A DNA stretch of 64,000 bases, taken from NCBI GenBank assembly GCA_963851265.1, contig CAWKNZ010000007.1, forward strand, positions 192,001 to 256,000. Reading direction: 5' to 3'. Positions 50,337 through 60,349 of this stretch are shown piece after piece. A program made the position numbers and the translations under genes. Source of the DNA: an uncultured Gemmatimonadales bacterium (lineage in GTDB: Bacteria; Gemmatimonadota; Gemmatimonadetes; Gemmatimonadales; Gemmatimonadaceae). How positions within the stretch are numbered: the stretch's first letter is position 1; each line of letters starts with the position of its first letter. The notes beneath the pieces were generated by a model, which was not told where the DNA came from, searched no databases, and saw only the letters and a list, made by a program, of their open reading frames with translations.

Positions 50337-50553
50337 GCGGGTTCGGGTGTGATCCCCGCGCCCGTTCCTCCGCTTCCGGCAGGTTCGTCCGTGATCCCCG
50401 TGTTTCCGACCGGCTCGAGCCGCCGCGCGTACGCCGCGCGCCCGAGGCCCGGTCGGACACGGGCGCATCACTGTACGTGTACGCCTCCCCAGCTCCTCGC
50501 CCGCGCCGGGCGGGAGCGCCGTTCTACTTCGCAGCTCCTAGGAGGGCTGACGT

Positions 50554-53500
50554 ATGGCAGTAGTTCGCGGCTTGTTCGGCGCAACCGTGGTCGGTGGTCT
50601 GATTTGGGCGACGCCCGCCCTCGCGCAGACCGGCACGATCACCGGCCGAGTCGTCGATTCGACCACGCAGCAGCCGCTGACCGGGGCGACCATCCGCCTC
50701 GACGGCACGCAGCGCGGGGCGCAGACTCGAGAAGACGGTACGTTCACGCTCACGGCGGTACCGGTTGGCCGGCAGCAACTGCGCGTTTCCCGCATCGGGT
50801 ACGCGGCCCAGCTGACGCCGATCACGGTGAGCGCTGGCGGCAATACCGTGCCGCCCGTCAGGTTGCGCCAGCTCGCCGCGACCCTCGCCCCCGTCGTCGC
50901 CGTGGGCTACGGCACGCAGCGCCGCGAGGCGGTGACCTCGTCGGTCTCGACCGTCAACACGTCGGAGGCTCGCGTCGGCGTGCAGCCGAACGTCAACGAC
51001 CTCATTCAGGGTCGCGCGGCCGGCGTGCAGGTCACGAGCAACAGCGGCGCGCCCGGAGCCGGCGCGCAGATCCGCATCCGCGGCGGCACCTCGATCTCGA
51101 CGAGCGACGAGCCGCTGTACGTGATCGACGGCATCCCGATCCTGAACAACCAGACGCTCCCTAACGGTTCGAGCAGCGACGGGAACTCGGGCGCGCTCGC
51201 GCGCAGCCCGCTCAACACGATCAACCCGGAAGACATCGCCGACATCTCGATCCTGAAGGACGCGTCGGCGACCGCGATCTACGGGAGCCGCGCGGCGAAC
51301 GGCGTCATCCTCATCACCACCAAGCGCGGCGTCGCCGGCTCGGCGACGGTGGAGTACGACGGGTACTACGCCGCGGGCACGCAGGCCCGGTCGTACGACC
51401 TGCTCTCGGGCGACCAGTACCGCTCGTTCGTCGCCTCGCAGGTCTCGGCCGGCAAGCTGCCGGCGAGTGCGAGTGCGGCGCTCGGCACCGCGAACACCGA
51501 CTGGCAGAGCGCGGTGCGCCGCACGGCCAATATCCAGAACCACAACGTCGCGTTCTCGGGCGGCTCGCAAGCGACGCAGTACCGCGCGTCGATCAACTAT
51601 TTCGACCAGCCGAGCATCATCCAGGGGAGCGCGCTCACGCGCCTCTCGGGGCGCCTCAACGGCAGCACGCGGCTGCTCGCCGACAAGCTGAACATCAACC
51701 TGAATCTGAACGCCTCGCAGGAAGGCGACCGCTTCCTCGTGGCGGAGAACACCGGCGGCTTCCTCGGCGGCGTGTTCCTCAATTCGGTGGTGTACAACCC
51801 GACCTACCCGGTGACGGTCACGACCCCGGTGAACGCGGGGTCGAACTACTTCGAGGTCGGGCCGGGCGCGCAGAACAACCGTAATCCGGTCGCGCTCGCC
51901 AACCAGCTGCAGGACCGCGGCACCGTCAATCGCGTGATCGGCAACCTGCAGACGACGTACGCGCTGCTGTCGAGCCTCACGGCGGCGGTGAACGTGGGCG
52001 TCGACCGCTCGAACGGCACGCGCGGCACGTTCTATCCCAACTCGAACCCGCTCGGCGCGCTCACCGGCGGCCAGGGCGAGCAGCAGAACCTGAATCTGCT
52101 GACGTCCACGATCAACTCGTACCTCACGTACGACAAGCAGTTCAACTCCGGGCCGTTCGGCGCGCAGACGTTCAACATCGTCGGCGGCTACGAGTACCAG
52201 AAGTCGAACATCTCGTACTTCGGTGCGATCACGCAGGGCTTCGTCACCGACGTCAACGGGTTCAACAACCTGGGCGGCGGCGGCGTCACCCCGGTGCCGC
52301 CGTTCTCGAGCGACACGAACCGCGTGACGGTCTCGTACTTCGCGCGCGCCAACTACGGCATCAAGGACCGGTACTTCTTCACGGCGCTCGTGCGCCGCGA
52401 CGGCGCCTCGGTGTTCGGCGCGAACAACAAGTACGCGACCTTCCCCGGCGGCTCGCTGTCGTGGCTCGCGAGCAACGAGCCGTGGTTCAAGAACAACGGC
52501 GTGTTCTCGAACCTCAAGTTCCGCACGAGCTACGGCGCCACCGGCAACCAGGCGATCAGCCCCTACCAGGCGCTGTCCCTGCTCAGCACCGACCCGGGCT
52601 CGCGGTACATCTTCGGCGGGACCACGACGACCGGCGTGCTGCCGTATCAGAACGCCAACCCGAACCTGAAGTGGCAGACGACCGTTCAGGTGGACGGCGG
52701 CATCGACTACGGCCTCTTCGGCAACCGCGTCACCGGCTCGCTCGACTACTACAACAAGATCACGCGCGACCTGCTGCTCGCCGTGACCGTGCCGCAGCCC
52801 GCGGTCGTCACGACGCAGCTGCAGAACATCGGGAAGGTCAAGAACGCGGGCTTCGAGGGCAGCATCGACGGGCAGGTCATCAACGCCCCGGGCAAGTCGC
52901 TCAGCCTCGGCCTCGTCTTCACGGCCGACCGCAACCGCGTCGTGAGCCTCGGCAACAGCGTGAGTCAGATCTTCACCGGCACCGCCAGCGGGCGCGGCCA
53001 GTCGTCGGTGAACACGCAGCTCATCACGGTGGGCCAGCCCCTCGGCACGTTCTACGGGCCGGTGTTCGCCGGGACCAACGCGGCGGGCGCCGAGCTGTTC
53101 AACCACTACGACGCGAACGGGAACGTCGTCGGGAAGGTGACCGGCGACCAGCTGAACGGCGGCACGGACAACCGCTTCCTCGGCAACGCGAACCCGAAGT
53201 TCACGGCCGGATTCCGCGGCCAGGGGAACCTCGGCCGGGCGTACATCAACTTCCTCGTGCGCGGCCAGTCGGGGAACAAGGTGTTCAACAACACCGCGCT
53301 CGTGTACGCGACGAAGGCGAACGCCACGCAGAACCAGAACTTCCTCGCCTCCGCGCTCAACGACAACGTCGACATCAGCCAGTCCAACCGCTACTCGTCG
53401 CGCTTCATCGAGGACGGCTCGTTCATCCGCCTGCAGAACGTGACGGTCGGCTACGACCTCAACGTGCGCAACGTGTTCAAGCGGCTGAGCAGCGCCCGGC

Positions 53501-53655
53501 TGTACGTCTCGGGCGACAACCTGCTGCTCGGGACGCACTACAGCGGCCTCGACCCGGAAGTGTTCACGAGCGCCGGCATCGCGTCGCGCGGCATCGACTA
53601 CCTCGCGTACCCGCGCGCGCGCACCTTCACGTTCGGCACGCGGCTGGGCCTCTGA
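50554..53655 (+). CDS. SusC/RagA-family TonB-dependent transporter
   Basis: AGGAGG RBS; VAVGYGTQRR, IRIRGGTS...EPLYVIDG, NPEDIADISILKDASATAIYGSRAANGVILITTKRG, NPNLKWQ, YSGLDPE, YPRARTF. Confidence 0.96.
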   Translation: MAVVRGLFGATVVGGLIWATPALAQTGTITGRVVDSTTQQPLTGATIRLDGTQRGAQTREDGTFTLTAVPVGRQQLRVSRIGYAAQLTPITVSAGGNTVPPVRLRQLAATLAPVVAVGYGTQRREAVTSSVSTVNTSEARVGVQPNVNDLIQGRAAGVQVTSNSGAPGAGAQIRIRGGTSISTSDEPLYVIDGIPILNNQTLPNGSSSDGNSGALARSPLNTINPEDIADISILKDASATAIYGSRAANGVILITTKRGVAGSATVEYDGYYAAGTQARSYDLLSGDQYRSFVASQVSAGKLPASASAALGTANTDWQSAVRRTANIQNHNVAFSGGSQATQYRASINYFDQPSIIQGSALTRLSGRLNGSTRLLADKLNINLNLNASQEGDRFLVAENTGGFLGGVFLNSVVYNPTYPVTVTTPVNAGSNYFEVGPGAQNNRNPVALANQLQDRGTVNRVIGNLQTTYALLSSLTAAVNVGVDRSNGTRGTFYPNSNPLGALTGGQGEQQNLNLLTSTINSYLTYDKQFNSGPFGAQTFNIVGGYEYQKSNISYFGAITQGFVTDVNGFNNLGGGGVTPVPPFSSDTNRVTVSYFARANYGIKDRYFFTALVRRDGASVFGANNKYATFPGGSLSWLASNEPWFKNNGVFSNLKFRTSYGATGNQAISPYQALSLLSTDPGSRYIFGGTTTTGVLPYQNANPNLKWQTTVQVDGGIDYGLFGNRVTGSLDYYNKITRDLLLAVTVPQPAVVTTQLQNIGKVKNAGFEGSIDGQVINAPGKSLSLGLVFTADRNRVVSLGNSVSQIFTGTASGRGQSSVNTQLITVGQPLGTFYGPVFAGTNAAGAELFNHYDANGNVVGKVTGDQLNGGTDNRFLGNANPKFTAGFRGQGNLGRAYINFLVRGQSGNKVFNNTALVYATKANATQNQNFLASALNDNVDISQSNRYSSRFIEDGSFIRLQNVTVGYDLNVRNVFKRLSSARLYVSGDNLLLGTHYSGLDPEVFTSAGIASRGIDYLAYPRARTFTFGTRLGL

Positions 53656-53657
53656 GT

Positions 53658-55256
53658 ATGATTCGCTTTCTCAATCGACGCTCCGTCCCGACCCCTTCCT
53701 TGCCGGCCATGCAGACGCACCGTGCGCCCAACGCGCGCCGCCCCCGGGCGATCGTCGCCGCGCTGTTCCTCGCGCCGTCGCTCGCCGGGATCGGCGCCTG
53801 TCACGACCTCACCGAACAGCCGGCCAGCAGCTTCCAGCCGTCGCAGTTCTTCCAGAACGACGCGCAGGTGCAGGCCGCACTCGCGGGCGTGTACTCGGGA
53901 CTTCGCGCGACGCAGCAGAACTACTTCTACGTCACGCAGGTCAGCTCGGACGAGACGATCGTGCCGACCCGCGGCACCGACTGGCTCGACGGCGGGCAGT
54001 GGGTCGAACTCTGGCAGCACACGTACGGGCCGAGCTCGGGCGCGGGCAACCAGAACATCAACAACGCGTACAACGACATCTCGAGCGCGATCGCGAAGGC
54101 GAACGCGGTGATCCCGCTCCTGCCCGCGAACTCGGCGTCGACTCCGGCCGCGATCGCCGAGATCCGGGTGCTGCGCGCGTGGTCGTACTTCATGCTGCAG
54201 GACCTGTTCGGCGGCGTACCGCTCGTGACCGCGCCGGGCCTGGCGTCACAGCCGCGCGCCTCCCGCGATTCCGTCGCGCGCTTCATCGAGGCCGAGTTGA
54301 TCGCCTCCCGTCCGGCGCTGCCGGCCACGCGCGACGCGTCGGCCCAGGGCCGCGTGACCCAGGGAGCGGTCGACGCCATCCTCGCCAGCCTGTACCTGAA
54401 CTGGCCGATCTTCACGGGCACGCCGACCGCGAGCGGCATCACGCCGGGCCAGCCGCGGTACGCCGACGTCATCACGGTCACCGACCGGCTGATGAATTCG
54501 GGCGTGTACACGCTCGCGACCAACTGGCAGAGCAACTTCAACGCGGGCAACCAGCAGTCGACCGAGAACATCTTCGTCGTGCGCAACAAGGCGCAGTCGG
54601 GACTCGGCCTCGACCTGGTCAGCCGCGCGGTGCACTACAATTCGTTCTCGGGCCCGGGCGGCTACAACGGCTTCTCGACGATCGCGGACACGTACAACCA
54701 GTTCGACCCGACGGACTCGCGCCGCAGCATGTTCCTCGTCGGAAACCAGCTCACGCTCGACAGCAAGAAGCAGGCGACGCTGCGTGACGGAACGACGCCG
54801 CTGAACTTCACGCCGACGATCACCAGCATCAACGCGGCGGCGGAAAACGAAGGCATCCGGATGTACAAGTTCCAGTTCGATCCGGCGCACTTCAACGACC
54901 AGATGGGGAGCGATTTCACCATCTTCCGCCTCGGCGGCGTGATGCTCGATCGCGCGGAGGCGCTGTGGCAGCTCGGCCGCACGCCCGAGGCGCTCGCGCT
55001 CCTCAACCAGCTGCGCGCGCGCGTGTACTCGCCGCCGCAGCCGCTGACCGGCGCGATCAGCGCGAACGTCATGCTACACGAGCGGCTCAACGAGCTGATG
55101 TACGAGGCCAAGCGGCGTCAGGACATGATCCGCCTGGGCACGTACGACAACAGCCGCCAGTTCAAGACGCAGACGGCGGGCTTCCACGCGCTGTTCCCCA
55201 TCCCGACGGCCCAGATCCAGTCGAACCCGCTGCTGAAGCAGAATCCGGGGTACTGA
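53658..55256 (+). CDS. SusD/RagB-family lipoprotein
   Basis: Lipobox GIGAC (start 53658 or 53709), AEIRVLRAWSYF...FGGVPL, IFRLG.V.L.RAEA, ERLNEL.YE..RRQDMIR.G, FPIP..QI.SNP.L.QNPGY. Confidence 0.93.
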   Translation: MIRFLNRRSVPTPSLPAMQTHRAPNARRPRAIVAALFLAPSLAGIGACHDLTEQPASSFQPSQFFQNDAQVQAALAGVYSGLRATQQNYFYVTQVSSDETIVPTRGTDWLDGGQWVELWQHTYGPSSGAGNQNINNAYNDISSAIAKANAVIPLLPANSASTPAAIAEIRVLRAWSYFMLQDLFGGVPLVTAPGLASQPRASRDSVARFIEAELIASRPALPATRDASAQGRVTQGAVDAILASLYLNWPIFTGTPTASGITPGQPRYADVITVTDRLMNSGVYTLATNWQSNFNAGNQQSTENIFVVRNKAQSGLGLDLVSRAVHYNSFSGPGGYNGFSTIADTYNQFDPTDSRRSMFLVGNQLTLDSKKQATLRDGTTPLNFTPTITSINAAAENEGIRMYKFQFDPAHFNDQMGSDFTIFRLGGVMLDRAEALWQLGRTPEALALLNQLRARVYSPPQPLTGAISANVMLHERLNELMYEAKRRQDMIRLGTYDNSRQFKTQTAGFHALFPIPTAQIQSNPLLKQNPGY

Positions 55257-55296
55257 TCGGGAGTGTTCGACGGCCGCCTCGGCGGCCGTACGCTGG

Positions 55297-55327
55297 AGCC
55301 TACTCCCGACTCGGGGGTAGGCTTTGT
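55297..55327 (+). terminator. intrinsic terminator/stabilising hairpin after susD
   Basis: agcctactcccg-act-cgggggtaggct followed by ttgt; a second hairpin acggccgc..gcggccgt lies just upstream. Confidence 0.6.
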
Positions 55328-55402
55328 CGTTGGTGAACCCCGTCGTTCCCCGCCGCCGTCCCGCACGCGCCCCCCTCCCCGCTGTTCCGTCCCACCGACC
55401 GG

Positions 55403-58400
55403 ATGTTCTCGACACGTCGTCTCGCCCGGCTCTCGCGCCGTGCCGCGGCCGCGCTCACTCTGGGCGGCGCGGCGCTGCACGCGGGCGCGTGCACCGGCGC
55501 ACGCGGGGCGACCGATCGCGGCACCGCCGCGACCGCCCGCACGGCCACGGCGCCCGCGACCGGGACGACGCTGTTCACGCGCATGCCGTCGAGCTTCACC
55601 GGAGTCGACTTCGTCAACCGCGTCACGGACACGCAGGAGCAGAACCCGTTCACGTACCGTAGCCAGTACCACGGCGGCGGCGTCGCGTTAGGCGATCTCA
55701 CCGGCGACGGGCTGCCCGAGATCGTGCTCACGTCGAACCAGGGCGGCACGCGCCTGTTCGTGAACGAGGGACATTTCCGCTTCCGCGACGTGACCGACGA
55801 AGCCGGGGTGCGCGGGAACGGGGCGTGGACGACCGGCGTCACCATCGCCGACGTCAACGGCGACGGCAGGCTCGACATCTACGTCTGCCACGCCGGGACT
55901 GACGCGTCGAAGCGGGCGAACGAGCTCTGGATCAACCAGGGCGTGGACGCGCACGGCGTGCCGCATTTCAAGGACGAGGCCGCGTCGTACGGCGTCGCCG
56001 ACCGCGGGTACGGCGAGCAGGCCGTGTTCTTCGACTACGACCGCGACGGCCGGCTCGATCTGCTGGTCGTGCGCAACTCGCCCAAGCCGGTCAAGAGCTT
56101 CGGGCTCCGCAACACGCGCGCCGTGCGCGACTCGTTAGGCGGCGCACGGTTGTACCACAACGACGGCGGCGCGGACCACCCGCACTTCACCGACGTGAGC
56201 GCGAAGGCGGGCATCTTCGGCCCCGAGAACGCGTACGGGCTCGGCGTCGTCGCAGCGGACGTGAACCGCGACGGCTGGCCCGACCTGTACGTCTCGCACG
56301 ACTACTACGAACGCGACTACCTGTACCTGAACAACGGCGACGGCACGTTCACCGAGGCGCAGGACAGGGCCATGACGGTGGACAGCTACTTCTCGATGGG
56401 GCTCGACGTCGCCGACCTCGACAACGACGGGTGGCCGGAGGTCTACACGACCGACATGCTGCCCGAGGGCGACGAGCGCCTCAAGACCGTCACGGCGTAC
56501 GAGGGGTGGGACGTCTACCAGGCCAAGGTGCGGATCGGCTACGGCTACCAGCTGATGCGCAACATGCTGCAGCACAACAACGGCGTCGGTCCGGCCGGTG
56601 CGGGGGCGGCCGGGCTCACGTTCGGCGACGTCGGCCAGATGGCGGGCGTGGCGCGCACCGACTGGAGCTGGGGCGCGCTCGTCGTCGACCTGGACCTCGA
56701 CGGGCTGAAGGACGTCTACGTGACCAACGGGGTGGCCAAGGACCAGACGAATCAGGACTTCATCGCCTACGCCGCCGACCAGGAAACGATGAAGGCGGTG
56801 ACCGCGAGCGGCAAGGTCGACTACATGATGCTCGTGGGCGCGATGCCGTCGGTGCCGGTCCCGAACTACGCGTTCCAGAACGTGACCGGCACGCGCGGGG
56901 ACGGCGGGCTCGCGTTCACGAACCGGGCGGCGGCGTGGGGGCTCGACACGCCGAGCTTCTCGAACGGGGCGGCGTACGCGGACCTCGACGGCGACGGCGC
57001 GCCCGACCTCGTCGTGAACAACGTCAACCAGGAAGCGTTCGTCTACCGCAACAACGCGCGCGCGCTGCTGCCCGAGAACCACTACCTGCAGGTGCGCCTC
57101 GACGGGGAGGGCGCGAACCGCTTCGGCGTCGGCGCGCGCGTCACGCTGCGGAGCGGCGCGCAGCAGTTCTACCAGGAACTCTCGCCGACCCGCGGCTACG
57201 AATCGAGTAGCGACTACCTCCTCACCTTCGGCGTGGGACCGCGCGCCGCGGTGGACTCCGTCACGGTCGAGTGGCCGGATGGGCGGTCGAACGTGCTGCG
57301 GGCCGTGGCGACGAACCAGCGGGTGACCGTCCGGCACGCGGACGCCGGGCCGGGTGCGCCAATCGTCCCGCCGGCGGTCGCGGCGGCCACCGCGGCGCGC
57401 CTCGCCGGCGCGCACGCGCTCGTCGCCGACGTGACCGACCAGGCGCGCCTGGGCTTCGTGCATCGCGAGAACGACTTCGTCGACTTCGACCGCGACCGGC
57501 TCATCCCGAAGATGCTCTCGACCGAGGGCCCCGCGCTCGCCGTCGCGGACGTGAACGGCGATGGACTCGACGACCTGTACTTCGGCGGCGCCAAGGACCA
57601 GCCGGGCGAGCTGCTGATCCAGCAGCCGAACGGCACGTTCGTGAAGAGCAACCCGGGGCTGTTCGAGCAGGACGCCGTGTCGGAGGACGTCGGCGCGGTG
57701 TTCTTCGACGCGAACGGCGACGGCCGGCCCGATCTCTACGTCGTGAGCGGCGGCAACGAGTTCGGCGAGAACGCGCCGGCGCTGCAGGATCGGCTCTACC
57801 TGAACGACGGCGCGGGCCACTTCCACAAGGCGCCGTACGGAAGCCTGCCGGCAGAGACGGAGGCCGGCTCGCGCGCGGTCGCGGCCGACTACGACGGGAA
57901 CGGCACGCAGGACCTGTTCGTCGGCGGCCGCGTCGTGCCGTGGAAGTACGGCGTCGCCCCGCGCAGCCTGCTGCTGCAGAATGACGGGCACGCGGCCACT
58001 TCACCGACGTCACCGACGGCTCGCGCCGGAGCTGGCGCACGTCGGCATGGTCACCGACGCCGCGTGGCGGGACGTGGACGGCGACGGGCGCCCGGACCTG
58101 GTGGTGGTGGGCGAGTGGATGCCGATCACGATCTTCCACAACGAGGGGGGCGGGCGGCTGCGGAAGTGGGTCGTGCCCGGACTGGCGAAGAGCCACGGGT
58201 GGTGGAACCGGATCGTCGCGGGCGACTTCACGGGCCACGGGCGCGTCGACTTCGTCGTCGGCAACCTCGGCCTCAACACGCGCCTGCGCGCGAGCGAGGC
58301 GGAGCCCGCGCAGATGTACGTGAAGGATTTCGACGGGAACGGGATCGTCGAGCAGATCGTGACGCAGTACAACGGTGGCGTCAGCTACCCGATCACGCTG

Positions 58401-58958
58401 CGCGACGACCTGATCAAGGCGCTGCCGTTCCTCAAGGCGCGCTACCCCGGGTACAAGCAGTACGCCAAGCAGCGGATCACCGACGTCTTCACGCCGAAGG
58501 AGTTGGAAGGCGCGACGGTGCAGACGGCTTACACGTTCGCGACGTCGCTCGTGCGCAACGACGGCGGGGGCCGCTTCACGGTGGTGCCGCTCCCGGCCGA
58601 GGCGCAGATCGCGCCGGTGTACGGCATGCTCGCGCGCGACCTCGACGGCGACGGCAAGGTCGACCTCATGCTGGCGGGCAACTTCGACGGCGTGAAGCCC
58701 GAGATCGGGCGCATGGCGGCGAGCTACGGGCTCGTGCTGCGCGGCGACGGGCAGGGCCACTTCGCACCGCTGCGCCCGGCCGAGAGCGGGCTGTTCGTGC
58801 CCGGACAGACGCGCGAGATCGCGGCCGCGCGTACGCGCGCGGGTGCGCTGCTCGTGATCGCGCGCAACAACGACCGGCCGATGCTCTTCCGGCCGACCGG
58901 CGGCCGGTCGTCGGCCGTCGTGGCGAGTGTTCGACCTCCGCACCCCGACCGGCGATGA
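55403..58958 (+). pseudogene. FG-GAP/VCBS-repeat plus ASPIC/UnbV (CRTAC1-like) lipoprotein, frameshifted at ~57989-58019 (pseudogene or sequencing error)
   Basis: Many DxxGDGxxD repeats and an ASPIC/UnbV domain (RGYESS...LTFG.G...V.WPDG). Homology to the 60349 paralog continues via a third frame (GHFTDVTD) into ORF 57981..58958. Confidence 0.85.
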
Positions 58959-60349
58959 CAGTCCCGACGCCCCGCACCACTCCGATGCTCCGCGGCGCGA
59001 CCGCGGGCGTACTGCTCGTGCTCTCGCTCGCCGGCGGCTGCGGACGCGCCGACGCGCGTACGCACGCGAGCGACGCGGAGATGCTGAGTCACGCCATGGC
59101 CCAGCTGACCAACACCATCGTCTACGACATCTTCAGCCCGCCGCAGGCGAGCCGCGCGTACGCGTACGCGAGCATCGCGGCGTACGAGGCGTTGCGGCCG
59201 GGCCACCCGGAGTACCGCACGTTCGCCGGGCAGCTCAACGGACTCGACACGCTGCCGCGCCCGCAGGCCGGCAAGACGTACTCGTTCCCGCTCGCCGGCG
59301 TGCACGCGTTCCTCATCGTGGGCCGGCAGCTGACGTTCTCGCGCGCCCGCATGGATTCGGTGCGCGCCGCGTCGGACGAGGAGTTCCGCGCGTCGGGGAT
59401 GCCCGCCGACGTGTACGCGCGCTCGGTGGCGTACGGTGATACCGTCGCGGCGCGCATCCTCGCGTGGGCCGGCAGCGACCGCTACCTGCAGACGCGAGGC
59501 GCGCCGAAGTTCACGGTGACCAACGCGCCGGGCCGGTGGGTGCCGACGCCGCCGGCGTACATGGACGCGATCGAGCCCAACTGGGCGCGGCTGCGGCCGT
59601 TCGTGCTCGACTCCGCGAGCGAGTTCCGCCCCGCGCCGCCGGTCGCGTTCGACACGGCCAAGCCGAGCCCGTACATGCGCCAGGTGCGCGAGGTGTACGA
59701 CGTCGGGCGCGCGCTCACGGCCGAGCAGAAGGCGCTGACCGCGTTCTGGGACTGCAACCCGTACGTGATGCACGTTCAGGGGCACTCGATGTTCGCGACG
59801 AAGAAGATCACCCCGGGCGGACACTGGATGGGGATCGCCTACACGGCGGCCCGCAGCGCGCACGCCGACGCGATGCAGACGGCGGAGGCGTACGCGCGCA
59901 CCGCGATCGCCCTCGCCGACGGCTTCATTTCGAACTGGGACGAAAAATTCCGGAGCAACATGGTGCGCCCGGAGACGGTGATCGACACCTACGTGGACCC
60001 CGCGTGGGAGCCGTTCCTGCAGACGCCGCCGTTCCCGGAGTACACGAGCGGCCACAGCGTGATCTCGACGGCCGCCGCGGCGGTGCTCACCGATGAGTTC
60101 GGGCCGCACTTCGCGTTCGTCGACTCGACCGAAGTGCCCTACGGGCTCCCGGTCCGCCGGTTCACGTCGTTCGACGCGGCGGCGCGCGAGGCGGCGATCA
60201 GCCGGCTGTACGGCGGGATCCACTTCCGGCAGGCGACCGAGGAGGGGAGCATCCAGGGCGCGAAGGTGGGGGCGCTCGTGATCGCGCGGGTGCAGACGCG
60301 CATGCAGCCGCAGGCGAAGGCGCCGGTCGTGGCGCAGGCCGGGCGGTAG
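58955..60349 (+). CDS. vanadium-dependent haloperoxidase / PAP2-superfamily lipoprotein
   Basis: ATG 58955 overlaps the upstream TGA; lipobox LAGGC; vanadate-site motifs WDEKF.S..VRP, TPPFPEYTSGHS, SRLYGGIHF; FWDCNP, ITPGGHW. Confidence 0.9.
   Translation: MTVPTPRTTPMLRGATAGVLLVLSLAGGCGRADARTHASDAEMLSHAMAQLTNTIVYDIFSPPQASRAYAYASIAAYEALRPGHPEYRTFAGQLNGLDTLPRPQAGKTYSFPLAGVHAFLIVGRQLTFSRARMDSVRAASDEEFRASGMPADVYARSVAYGDTVAARILAWAGSDRYLQTRGAPKFTVTNAPGRWVPTPPAYMDAIEPNWARLRPFVLDSASEFRPAPPVAFDTAKPSPYMRQVREVYDVGRALTAEQKALTAFWDCNPYVMHVQGHSMFATKKITPGGHWMGIAYTAARSAHADAMQTAEAYARTAIALADGFISNWDEKFRSNMVRPETVIDTYVDPAWEPFLQTPPFPEYTSGHSVISTAAAAVLTDEFGPHFAFVDSTEVPYGLPVRRFTSFDAAAREAAISRLYGGIHFRQATEEGSIQGAKVGALVIARVQTRMQPQAKAPVVAQAGR

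Noticed and set aside
57981..58025. Programmed ribosomal frameshift
   Set aside because: Two opposite shifts would be needed and there is no slippery sequence or stimulatory structure.
55403..60349. 1648-aa ORF as a genuine FG-GAP-haloperoxidase fusion protein
   Set aside because: The middle ~320 aa are Arg/Gly/Ala-rich off-frame translation. The true propeller continues in ORF 57981..58958, and the VHPO has its own ATG and lipoprotein signal.
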